From positions 662 through 64,661 of the forward strand of contig JAYTUX010000320.1 of assembly GCA_043744315.1 (NCBI GenBank): a DNA stretch of 64,000 nucleotides, given 5' to 3'. The notes beneath the pieces were generated by a model. The model searched no databases, was not told the origin of the DNA, and saw only the letters and a list, made by a program, of their open reading frames with translations. The stretch comes from Betaproteobacteria bacterium (GTDB taxonomy: Bacteria > Pseudomonadota > Gammaproteobacteria > Burkholderiales > Usitatibacteraceae). The first letter of the stretch is position 1. Every line of letters begins with the position of its first letter. Positions 40,024-48,831 of the stretch are shown one piece after another. A program made the position numbers and the translations under genes.

Positions 40024-43000
40024 TCATCGGTGCGGGAAGCAAAGGTCGGCCTCGACGGCTTTAACGTGTTTGGGATCAAAGCTGAGGTCCGGGCAATCCC
40101 GCCACCCCTGCTCGTCGAGAACCCGGAGTTTGGTCCTGGCACCATGTCGAAACGCGTAGGGCACGCGCGCCCATGTGAAGGTAAGTGCCCCGTCAGGAGG
40201 AATCTCATGCGCATCCAGCAGCACCGGGGTGAAATGCACTCGTCCGTCGCGCATACGTAGCCCCAGTTCACCCCATCGTGAAAGAATCTCCTCCTTTACT
40301 TGGCCGGTCATACCTGGTTGCTGCGCGCCACCCTCTGCAGGCGTGTGGCTGTAGGGGTCGGTGGGAAAGGCACCGTACGCCGCGGGATTCCTCCGATAGC
40401 CCAGTCCATCGCGCACCTTTCGATAAAAAACGCACAAGGCCTCCAACTCCGGCGCATTGTGGTCGGCCGCCTCGAAGACGCACTCTTGCACTGCCAGCAG
40501 CAGTTTGGCAACCATGTGCCAGTAAATGCAGCCAAGGCCTTCGTAACCGAACATCGTTCCAGAACGCCCTGTGAACTCTCGGTGATTCAGCGCGCGCTCG
40601 TACGCAGCGACAAGCTCGGGGAGGCCGGGACCCAAATCCGCGGCAACTGCCTCAAGGTCATTGCGGTTAGCCAGACCTGGTGCGAAGCGCACGGTTCCAT
40701 CGCTTTGCGTCTGTAGGATTTCCGTTCGCCCCGACGCCAGGACTGCCTTGACCGCCGGGATTTGCAGCGTTTCGGCATCGAGGCGATTGCGTTCCAAAAA
40801 TCCCGGCAATGGCCGATCGGGGTACAGAAGAAATGAGCCGTGTTGCACAGTGAAAAGAGGACTGTCGAACAATGCCTGGAGCAGGTTTAGCGACTCGGCC
40901 AGCGACAGGAGGCCGCTACTCAACACGGCGACTTGCCCTTCAAGCATAGGATAGAGGTGCCCTACAGTGGCCTTTCGGCCGGAAAAATCGACCAGATTGT
41001 AGCTCTCGTACAACCCATCGGCTCGCTTGCAGTGCCGCAGTGTGGCGTCGATCAACGGCAGCAGATCGCGCGCCAGCGAAGGCAGGAGGCTCGCTGGTGC
41101 CCGAGCGGGATGCCTGCCCGCAGCACCGCGATACGCCTCGGCGCGCCACGCATCCAGGATGCTGCCCGCAGCGTCGAGGAATTCACGGCGTCCGATATCA
41201 TCCTCGACGACCGAGAGCGGCGTCGCGCAGACGAGAGAGTGGAACTGGAGTAGCGCCTCGAGGGTCGAAGCGGATACAGCGAACGAGCTGTCCGCGCCGG
41301 GAAAAGCGGCGAGAAATGTGAGAAAGCGCCGCAGATGGGCGAGTGTCACCACCGACAGGCCATTGCCTACCAACGCATTGTTGGCATCGTTCCATTCAGG
41401 ACGCTGCGTGTGCAACCAAAGGCCGCCACCTGGTACCAAACTGCCCGCCTTCGCCAGGAGGATCGTGGCCAATTTTTCTGCCAATGTGGCCAGCACGGGT
41501 TTGTCATCTTCATCGCACACGAGCAGGCCGTCAGCGCCTAAGCGGCGGGCTCGTTCCAGCGCTTGCTCGTGTACCGCGTGATCAAATACGATCGTGTCCT
41601 TCGGCTGCGCAACCTGCTCGGCATGACGCTTGAGGCGGTAGGGTAAGTCTGCAAAGCTGAAGATCGCCCGGTCCCAAAACAGCGCGAGCAGCCCAGGTTC
41701 GCCTGCCTGCGCCGCCTCGAGCAATTTGAGCAGGTAGATCACCTGATGGTCACCCCAGTAGCCGATGTGGCTCCACGCATTGTCGGGTTCCTCGACTTCC
41801 CAGTCGATGCCATCGCGCCCAATGCGGTAGGGGTTATAGCCGTCGACCGTCATCGAGTTGACAAAAACTGCGATCATTGAGCCGACGTAATCCGGCTCGC
41901 TGGGCAACAAGGCTTCCCAGTTCTGAAAGATGTCGCGCCAATTTCCTTCATGATTGACCACTCGCCGGCCCTGAGCGTCGCGCACGCGGATCGAAAACTT
42001 GTTCCAGGGCCGGCTGGGGTCACCGTGACGGCGGCTGAACGTGAGCGGCAGGTATTCAAGCACCAAGCGTTCGGACTGCGGCCCCCAGTTGTCGCGTGCC
42101 GCTGCCAGCACTTGCGAGCGTTCCACGTAAGGCGGCCAGTTGGCCATATTTTCCTTCATGATCGAACCCGAGGCATTGCTTCGCTGGCTTACGAACGCAA
42201 TGAGGTCGTCGCGCTCGAAACGGGTCCCGTCGACGAACACGCCTCCACGCATGATGTTGAACAGGACGTTGGCTCGATGATGTGCGGCCGCCATTGGGTC
42301 ACCGGAGTTCTGGAAGGCATCGGCGCGCGCGAGAAGTTCGTCCAGCCCGGCGGAGTTTCGCTCACGGGCGGCGACGATCTCCGCAACTGTTCCTTCACCC
42401 GTCTCAAGGCGGCGCGATAGTTCGAAAGCCTCGACTTGGGACTGCGGCCCGTCGATGACGATGTACCATTCAAGGCTTGTTCGGTCGACCTCGGCGTCGA
42501 AATTAATGAGGAAGGCACCACGGTGCCCGCGGGTCAACGACTCGACCTCGACCTTTCCTGTTTGGCAGAAGTGCTCGACCTGCCGTGCAGACAGCATGGT
42601 CTTCGCGCCGACTGGCGCTCCCGCGTGCCAGGCGGCGAGTGCAGTCAACGACTCCTTCGGCTCTGCCCGGTCCCATATTTGCGCGTAGATCGTGAAGAGG
42701 CCCAGGCGCCCACCCGCGGCCGATTCATTCCACTTGTATGCATCCGTCAGACAACTCATGTTGTTCGACAACTCCACACCCACACCCGGTGGAATCAGGT
42801 TCAGCACGCCGTCGAGCACTTTTACATGCATCGGGCCTTGCAGTGCCTCCAGGCGCGCAGATCGGACAAGGCCCAAGCCGGTAGCCGTAAACCACTCGTA
42901 CTGGAAAGCCAATTTTCCCGACGGGTGCTGGTCACGAAAGCGAATGCGGGTCCCCGACAGGTTCTTCCAAACTGAACGTCGTCCCGCCGATCGATCTTGG

Positions 43001-43452
43001 CGCGGCGCGAAGGGTTGCCATAGCTCGGTATGTGCGCCGTCCTCAATTTGGATCCAGGTCCGGGGTCCCGTGTGTTCTCCTCTAAGATGAATCTTGTCGA
43101 CGGTCTCATAGGGAAGAAACGCACCTTCGGCATCGCGCCGGCCACCGGTCAAAGATCCTGCGCTCGAGACGTAGGCCCAAAGATCGCTGTCCCCCGCAAG
43201 CGCCATGAAGAATGGCGCCAGGTGGTCATAACTGTTGATCCGGTACCAGGTATCGGTTTCGTCAATGACAAAGGTACCGTTCACACTGGTGTCAGTCGCC
43301 ATGTCGGTCTCAGCCTGGTTGAATCGCGGCGGTACGTTGCCTTGAGTTGCCGCATCGTCGCTGCCGCGCACAGGTGCGGTCAGGCCAACACTGTCTGCTC
43401 TGGCGCTGCGGATGGTTGCGCGCAGCGTCGATGTAAGCGTGTCCTGATTCAT
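40024..43452 (-). CDS. 1142-aa cytoplasmic protein; putative GH94-like/GH149-type beta-1,3-glucan phosphorylase
   Basis: No signal peptide. GNWRDIFQNWE (compare GH94 FRDSxQD) lies about 180 aa upstream of RPEWNDANN (compare the GH94 catalytic DWND). Its size matches what I recall for bacterial GH149. It is embedded between a transporter and beta-1,3-glucanases. Its ATG overlaps the halogenase-like stop (ATGA at 43449-43452). Confidence 0.45.
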   Translation of the reverse strand: MNQDTLTSTLRATIRSARADSVGLTAPVRGSDDAATQGNVPPRFNQAETDMATDTSVNGTFVIDETDTWYRINSYDHLAPFFMALAGDSDLWAYVSSAGSLTGGRRDAEGAFLPYETVDKIHLRGEHTGPRTWIQIEDGAHTELWQPFAPRQDRSAGRRSVWKNLSGTRIRFRDQHPSGKLAFQYEWFTATGLGLVRSARLEALQGPMHVKVLDGVLNLIPPGVGVELSNNMSCLTDAYKWNESAAGGRLGLFTIYAQIWDRAEPKESLTALAAWHAGAPVGAKTMLSARQVEHFCQTGKVEVESLTRGHRGAFLINFDAEVDRTSLEWYIVIDGPQSQVEAFELSRRLETGEGTVAEIVAARERNSAGLDELLARADAFQNSGDPMAAAHHRANVLFNIMRGGVFVDGTRFERDDLIAFVSQRSNASGSIMKENMANWPPYVERSQVLAAARDNWGPQSERLVLEYLPLTFSRRHGDPSRPWNKFSIRVRDAQGRRVVNHEGNWRDIFQNWEALLPSEPDYVGSMIAVFVNSMTVDGYNPYRIGRDGIDWEVEEPDNAWSHIGYWGDHQVIYLLKLLEAAQAGEPGLLALFWDRAIFSFADLPYRLKRHAEQVAQPKDTIVFDHAVHEQALERARRLGADGLLVCDEDDKPVLATLAEKLATILLAKAGSLVPGGGLWLHTQRPEWNDANNALVGNGLSVVTLAHLRRFLTFLAAFPGADSSFAVSASTLEALLQFHSLVCATPLSVVEDDIGRREFLDAAGSILDAWRAEAYRGAAGRHPARAPASLLPSLARDLLPLIDATLRHCKRADGLYESYNLVDFSGRKATVGHLYPMLEGQVAVLSSGLLSLAESLNLLQALFDSPLFTVQHGSFLLYPDRPLPGFLERNRLDAETLQIPAVKAVLASGRTEILQTQSDGTVRFAPGLANRNDLEAVAADLGPGLPELVAAYERALNHREFTGRSGTMFGYEGLGCIYWHMVAKLLLAVQECVFEAADHNAPELEALCVFYRKVRDGLGYRRNPAAYGAFPTDPYSHTPAEGGAQQPGMTGQVKEEILSRWGELGLRMRDGRVHFTPVLLDAHEIPPDGALTFTWARVPYAFRHGARTKLRVLDEQGWRDCPDLSFDPKHVKAVEADLCFPHR

Positions 43453-44960
43453 TGACGGGACGCCGCGCAATTTTTTGCGATGAACTCAGCCTGCGTCGGC
43501 ATTACGTTGACGCATTTTGCGATCACCTGCTCGACATTGTTCAGATAGGCCTGCACCTCCGATTCTGGCTGAAGGTCTGCAAACGGGTGATAGGCACGCG
43601 GCATGATCCCTTGTCCCACCATTACCTGTATCCAGCTGGCTTCCGCAAAAAGTTCAAGACCATCGCGAAAGATGCGCCCATTGCTCCGAAACAGATCCAT
43701 CTTTCGTTGCAGCGTGTCAGGGATAGACATGGTGCGGCAGTAGTTCCAGAAATCCGAGTCATCCCGCTCGGTGAGCTTGTAATGCAGCACCAGGAAATCA
43801 CGGATTCGTTCGTATTCCCAATGTGTAAGCGCGTTGTATTCAGCAATGTCGATCGCATCGAAACCGGCATGCGGAAAGAAATTGATGATGCGCGAGATTG
43901 CTGTGTGAATGAGGTGAATGCTGGTTGACTCCAGCGGCTCGAGAAAGCCGCTGGACAATCCCACAGCGACGCAGTTGCGGTTCCAGAATTGTTTGCGCCG
44001 CCCGGTCGCAAACTTGAGCGGACGCGGCTCGGCAAGAGGCGCGCCATCCAGATTCTTCATCAGGATGGCCGTGGCCTCGTCCTGGCCCATGAAGTTGCTG
44101 CAATAGATGTGGCCGTTGCCGGTTCGGTGCTGCAAGGGAATTCGCCATTGCCAACCTGCCGAATGGGCGGTCGAGCGAGTCACGGGCAGTAGTGGGCCGG
44201 CCGACGCGCACGGCACCGCAAGTGCTCGGTCGCAAGGCAGCCATTGAGACCAGTCGTCAAAGCCGGATTTCAGTGTCTGCTCGATCAGCAGACCGCGCAT
44301 GCCCGAGCAATCGATGAAAAAATCACCTGCGATGCGCTCGCCGCTTTCGAGAGCCACGGCCTCGATAAAGCCATCCGGCTCACGCTGCGTAACCCGGGCG
44401 ATCTTTCCCTCGGTTCGCACCACGCCAAGCTTCTCGGCAAAGGCACGCAGGAAGCGGGCGTATAGGCCGGCGTCGAAGTGAAACGCGTTTGAGATATCCG
44501 CCACGGGCGAGCCGGGCATGTCTTTGCGCGCCCGCATGAATTTGGCACGTTGAGGCGCTGCGGTATTGATCGAATAGGCCGCCAGCGGAGCCGCGCGCCC
44601 CAGCGATGCCAGGCGCAGCCAGAAATGATGGAAAGGCAGTGCATCCGTCGCTTGGCCCAACCTGCCAAAGCCGTGTATGTATCGATCGCCTACACGTCCC
44701 CAGTTGACAAACTCGATGCCGAGCTTGAACGTGCCTTGCGTAGCGCGCAGGAATTCGTCTTCATCGATTTCAAGCGCACGGTTGAAGTCCGCGATGTGTG
44801 GAATTGTCGCCTCACCCACGCCGATAATCCCAATTTCGTCGGACTCGACAACCCGGATGTTGTAGGCGCGACCCAGCACCTTGGAAAGCGCGGCGGCGGT
44901 CATCCATCCGGCGGTTCCGCCGCCGACGATCACGATGTTGTGTACCGGCTTGAAGGTCAC
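43449..44960 (-). CDS. tryptophan-halogenase-family flavoprotein (TonB-receptor-associated type, function unknown)
   Basis: GTG start. FAD motif IVIVGGGTAGWMTA, IGVGEATIP, and the WxWxIP motif GWQWRIPL. Confidence 0.8.
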   Translation of the reverse strand: MTFKPVHNIVIVGGGTAGWMTAAALSKVLGRAYNIRVVESDEIGIIGVGEATIPHIADFNRALEIDEDEFLRATQGTFKLGIEFVNWGRVGDRYIHGFGRLGQATDALPFHHFWLRLASLGRAAPLAAYSINTAAPQRAKFMRARKDMPGSPVADISNAFHFDAGLYARFLRAFAEKLGVVRTEGKIARVTQREPDGFIEAVALESGERIAGDFFIDCSGMRGLLIEQTLKSGFDDWSQWLPCDRALAVPCASAGPLLPVTRSTAHSAGWQWRIPLQHRTGNGHIYCSNFMGQDEATAILMKNLDGAPLAEPRPLKFATGRRKQFWNRNCVAVGLSSGFLEPLESTSIHLIHTAISRIINFFPHAGFDAIDIAEYNALTHWEYERIRDFLVLHYKLTERDDSDFWNYCRTMSIPDTLQRKMDLFRSNGRIFRDGLELFAEASWIQVMVGQGIMPRAYHPFADLQPESEVQAYLNNVEQVIAKCVNVMPTQAEFIAKNCAASRQ

Positions 44961-45116
44961 GACGTCAATGCTCTCGATGCAGAAAGATTATCCATAAGGC
45001 CTCTCCCGGCGCGGATCGGCCATCTGCCCCGCTCTAGCGGAACGCGTATCACCCCCGACGCGTATCGGCAGCGTCCCCATTGAGTTTCCAACAGGGTCGC
45101 CATCGATAAGCGAGGG

Positions 45117-48100
45117 TCAGAACTTGTAGTTTATGCCTGCAAGTATCTGGCGGCCGAACAGGTAGGTATAGTTCGGCACGAGCTGCTTGGGATCCGGTAC
45201 ATCTGCGTTACCCGGTGTCTTGTAGCTGATGGTTGGTTCGTCTTTCAGGTTGTTGACCTGTAGCAGCAGGGACAAGCCCTTAAATGAGCCGGCGTCGCTG
45301 AAGTTGTACCCGAACTGCAGGTCAAGAACTTTGTCGACGCCTTGCGATTTTGACGTTGACCTCAGGAAGATATCGCGAGTCGTCGCGGTGAAGGCTGAGC
45401 GGTAACGCTGGCTGATCCGCGCCGAGAAGCCGGCCTGCTCATAGTAGAGGGTGGTATTGGTCGACCGACCGGACAATCCGTTAAGAGAAGTCTTCTCACC
45501 CGGAATGACGACGCCGGTATTCTGGTCCACCTTCTGGTCGTTGATGGAACTCCTGATCTTGGTTGTACTGACCACAACGCCAAAACCATCCAGCCAATTG
45601 CTGACCAACGCACCTTCTAGCGATGCCGATAACTCTTGCCCCTCGACCTTGCCGCCATTGCCATTCAACGGCTGAAACACCGGACCAAACTTCTGGACGA
45701 CGATGCCGGCAGGCGCGGCAGCCGGAATCGGAAGCCCGGAGTTGTCGCGTGCGCTTACTCCGTAAGTGATGTAGCTCAGCAGATTCTTGCGATATGCGGC
45801 GAGCGACACATAGCTTCTCTTGCCGAAGTATTTTTCGACCGAAAGATCGAAGGAAGACGCTCTCCAAGGCTTGAGTTCCGGGTTACCCGAGTATGCCTGG
45901 GACCACTTTCCCTGATCCGGGCCGGGCTTGATTTCAAGAACCGGCGTGCTGGTTCCAGCGCGCATGTCGATGATGTTCGGTCGAGCAGTAGTCTGAGCCA
46001 AGCCCAAACGCGCAATCATGCTATTCGATAGCTCCGCCACCAGATTCAGGCTCGGCAAGAAGTTGTTGTAGCTTGCACCACCCGTGCGCTTGAAGAGCAG
46101 GCTCAGGTTGGGATTATCGTCGCTGCCGCGATATTCCCAGCCATCGGAGTTTTGCTTGGTCTTGACCGCTTGATAGCCGACGTTGCCGCGAATCGGTATT
46201 CCCGATACCTCGGTATCGATATTCAGCATGACGTAGCCCGTGGTCACCTTTTCATGAACACCCGAATCGTTATCTTGTTTTAAGCTGAACAACGCCGGTT
46301 GCTGAATGAGCGCACCGGAACCGACAAGCGAAGGCACATCGATTCGAATGAATTGCCCAATTCCGACCCACGACATGTCGATGGGCGACCGTATTGCACT
46401 GGCGGGAATGTCGCGAATATTATTGCCTTTGGAATCCAGCGGCATTAGCAGGCGGATCTCGTTTTTCTCGACGGTCTTGTCGCGCTGCGTGTAATTCACG
46501 CCGCCGATGAATGATCTGAATATGCCGGAGAGTGAGTGTTTAGCCGAGAGCCGGAATGACTTGATCGTATCTTCGACATGCGGGTCGCGAATGACACCGG
46601 TCCAGCGCGGCTGACCAGGAACATAGTCGAATCCAAGCACGTCACCGAAGGCGATGCCGGCAGGGTTGGTGAGAAAACCGCTCTGCAGAGGCGTGAGAAA
46701 CTGTGAGCTGCCATCGACAGGAATGTTCCACCGGTAGGGGCCGTAAGCCCACTGCCCGGCAGCCTTGTTGTAGGGGCCTGCATACACCTCCATGTACTTT
46801 TCATCACGCACGTCCTTCGAGTAGCTGACATCGCCGATCGCCGTCCAGCCATCACCGAACTTCAAGGATGTGTTCCAACCTACCGCCTTGATGGTGTCCT
46901 TGCGTTTGGTGTCGAAATTGGTGGTGGTGGTCGGCAGGTGATCCGCAGTGCCGCTGGTGGCATATGTGTTCAATCCCACTTGCGCGGTACCAATATTCGA
47001 AAGAGTATTTTGTACGCCGGCACCAAACAACTCTCCCCAGCTGGCGAACATATTGGAGGTCAGCTTGCCGCCCACCTCATGGGTGTCGAATTTTGAATAA
47101 TAGAGATCCAGTTGGGTATGCAGATCGTCGTTGGGTTTGTACTCCAACACGGTCATCAAGCCGTCGCGCGTGTTCTTCTTTGTGGTCGTCGATGATGTCC
47201 AGAACATCGGTAGCAATGCCTTGGCGTCGTACCCCCAGTTATTTGGACCCTTGAACAGCGATGGCACGGCGCCATTGACTGGCAAGCCATAGGGCGTGTA
47301 GTCGCCGTACTGGTCCAATTCCGTGAGCTTCAATTGTGTGGCCGATTCCAAGTGCGCGAAACCTAGCGCAACGCCGACCGTATTATTCGCAAACTGGTTG
47401 ATGTACGAGACGCTCAGGCGTTTGCCTAGTGAGCTCGCCACACCCGGAACCAGATTGCCATTCGAGTTATCTTCGCCGCGCACATTGACGGCAACCTCGC
47501 GTCCACGCGTATCCAGCGGACGCCGTGTACGAAGGTCAACGGTCCCTGAAAGCCCTTGGCCGATCAACATTGCATCGGGTGTTTTATAAACGACGGCCGA
47601 ACTGATTAGTTCGGACGGAAATTGATCGTATTCCACGGCGCGGCTGTCGTTGGAACTGACGAATTCGCGGCCGTTCAACAAGGCTCCGGAAAACGCCGGA
47701 GACAAGCCGCGGATTGAAATCACGTTGACTCTGCCGTCCGGGCCGCGCTGCCCGGTCACGCCAGGAAGTCGCGCGAGCGCTTCGGCAATGCTGGAGTCGG
47801 GCAGCTTGCCGAGTTCTTCGGCGGAGACGACTTCGACGATTGAATCAGATTCTCGCTTGACCGCAAGTGAATCCTCGATACTGCGCCGGATACCGGTTAC
47901 GACAACCGTATCCACACTCTGCGCGGCGATCTTGGCCGCATCCTTCTTGAGGGCGTCTTTTTTCGCAGCCTCTTGCTTGGCGGCTTCTGTTTTGGCGGCG
48001 TCCTGAACAACCGGATCTGCCTGCTGCGCCTGTGTGCTCGCGGCAAAAATCGCGGCCGCGCACGCAACAACCAAGGGGCGCAATTTGAATTCGAGCTGAT

Positions 48101-48143
48101 TTGCCAGAGTACCTTTGCCGCCCATCTTGTATGAAGCATTCAT
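45117..48143 (-). CDS. TonB-dependent outer-membrane receptor (carbohydrate/oligosaccharide type)
   Basis: ATG at 48143 with AAGGAG Shine-Dalgarno sequence. Signal peptide, Lys/Ala-rich spacer, TonB box VDTVVVTGIRRS, plug and 22-strand barrel length, C-terminal GINYKF. Confidence 0.9.
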   Translation of the reverse strand: MNASYKMGGKGTLANQLEFKLRPLVVACAAAIFAASTQAQQADPVVQDAAKTEAAKQEAAKKDALKKDAAKIAAQSVDTVVVTGIRRSIEDSLAVKRESDSIVEVVSAEELGKLPDSSIAEALARLPGVTGQRGPDGRVNVISIRGLSPAFSGALLNGREFVSSNDSRAVEYDQFPSELISSAVVYKTPDAMLIGQGLSGTVDLRTRRPLDTRGREVAVNVRGEDNSNGNLVPGVASSLGKRLSVSYINQFANNTVGVALGFAHLESATQLKLTELDQYGDYTPYGLPVNGAVPSLFKGPNNWGYDAKALLPMFWTSSTTTKKNTRDGLMTVLEYKPNDDLHTQLDLYYSKFDTHEVGGKLTSNMFASWGELFGAGVQNTLSNIGTAQVGLNTYATSGTADHLPTTTTNFDTKRKDTIKAVGWNTSLKFGDGWTAIGDVSYSKDVRDEKYMEVYAGPYNKAAGQWAYGPYRWNIPVDGSSQFLTPLQSGFLTNPAGIAFGDVLGFDYVPGQPRWTGVIRDPHVEDTIKSFRLSAKHSLSGIFRSFIGGVNYTQRDKTVEKNEIRLLMPLDSKGNNIRDIPASAIRSPIDMSWVGIGQFIRIDVPSLVGSGALIQQPALFSLKQDNDSGVHEKVTTGYVMLNIDTEVSGIPIRGNVGYQAVKTKQNSDGWEYRGSDDNPNLSLLFKRTGGASYNNFLPSLNLVAELSNSMIARLGLAQTTARPNIIDMRAGTSTPVLEIKPGPDQGKWSQAYSGNPELKPWRASSFDLSVEKYFGKRSYVSLAAYRKNLLSYITYGVSARDNSGLPIPAAAPAGIVVQKFGPVFQPLNGNGGKVEGQELSASLEGALVSNWLDGFGVVVSTTKIRSSINDQKVDQNTGVVIPGEKTSLNGLSGRSTNTTLYYEQAGFSARISQRYRSAFTATTRDIFLRSTSKSQGVDKVLDLQFGYNFSDAGSFKGLSLLLQVNNLKDEPTISYKTPGNADVPDPKQLVPNYTYLFGRQILAGINYKF

Positions 48144-48247
48144 CAACCGACTCCTTGGGAAATGTGTAGAAATTCGTGGTCTAGCGCCGCGATTACAGAA
48201 ACTTCTGAAAGGATAGTCCCATGAGTTTTCTTCACGGGGATTATTTT

Positions 48248-48261
48248 TGAAAGCGCTTTCA
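48248..48261. promoter_or_regulatory. LacI-family operator O1, perfect 14-bp palindrome TGAAAGCGCTTTCA
   Basis: It abuts the candidate -10 of the receptor promoter and matches the generic LacI/PurR/CcpA-type TGnAAnCGnTTnCA consensus. Confidence 0.65.
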
Positions 48262-48289
48262 TTTTTAATTAAAACTAAAGCCCGATCAA
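48262..48289 (-). promoter_or_regulatory. candidate promoter of the receptor operon (-35 TTGATC, 16 nt, -10 TAAAAA)
   Basis: Minus strand cTTGATCgggctttagttttaatTAAAAAt, immediately upstream of O1. Confidence 0.4.
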
Positions 48290-48323
48290 GATTTTGATGG
48301 GCTCTTTTTACGCAAGCGAACTT

Positions 48324-48337
48324 TGAAAGCGCTTTCA
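48324..48337. promoter_or_regulatory. LacI-family operator O2, identical palindrome TGAAAGCGCTTTCA
   Basis: Second exact copy, 76 bp centre-to-centre from O1. A 17-nt identical block tttgaaagcgctttcat is shared. Confidence 0.65.
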
Positions 48338-48831
48338 TATTCGGCCGAAACTTACTTCTTGTCAAGAGTAATGGGCGGTTCGGAAGAAATATTTCATGTT
48401 GCGGTGCGTCAATCTACCCTCTCCGGACGACCAAATGCCGTGCAACGACTTGGCAATCGGCGGTTTGTAACCACCAATGTCGTCTTCGCAACTTTGAAGC
48501 GACGGCAGAAACCATGAGGCGGGGGTTCATGCTTGAGAGGCCGGTAAAAAGAAGTGTTTGCGTACCACCACGACCACCAGTAAGCAAACCTCAATACCAT
48601 CTCAAGAATAGCAGCGGTGCTTGCCTTTGGGGCCGTCGTCACCAACGCGGGATTAAAGTGCTGCGTTGAGTTGAAGTCGCATATTCGCGTTGTGGAAGCC
48701 GTGTGCCGGGTTAATGTGATCCGGCCAAGTGCGCGCCAATGGCGGTGTGAGTTTGCTCCATGTGTCGCCTGCAATACAGTTTGCTTCGGTAACGAAGTTC
48801 GGTTTCATGTGTGGCTTGCAATGCTGCGAAA

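Noticed and set aside
45000-45116. Direct repeat ACGCGTATC-N7-ACGCGTATC between the receptor and the halogenase-like gene, as a regulatory site.
   Set aside because: It is a short 9-mer repeat with no palindromic or known-motif character. It could arise by chance in GC-rich DNA.
48409-48774. 121-aa and 79-aa minus-strand ORFs in the zwf-receptor spacer as real genes.
   Set aside because: They have no Shine-Dalgarno sequence, implausible composition (WWSWWY, runs of T/R/H), and frames that break repeatedly. The region is kept only as a possible pseudogene or sRNA region in the findings.
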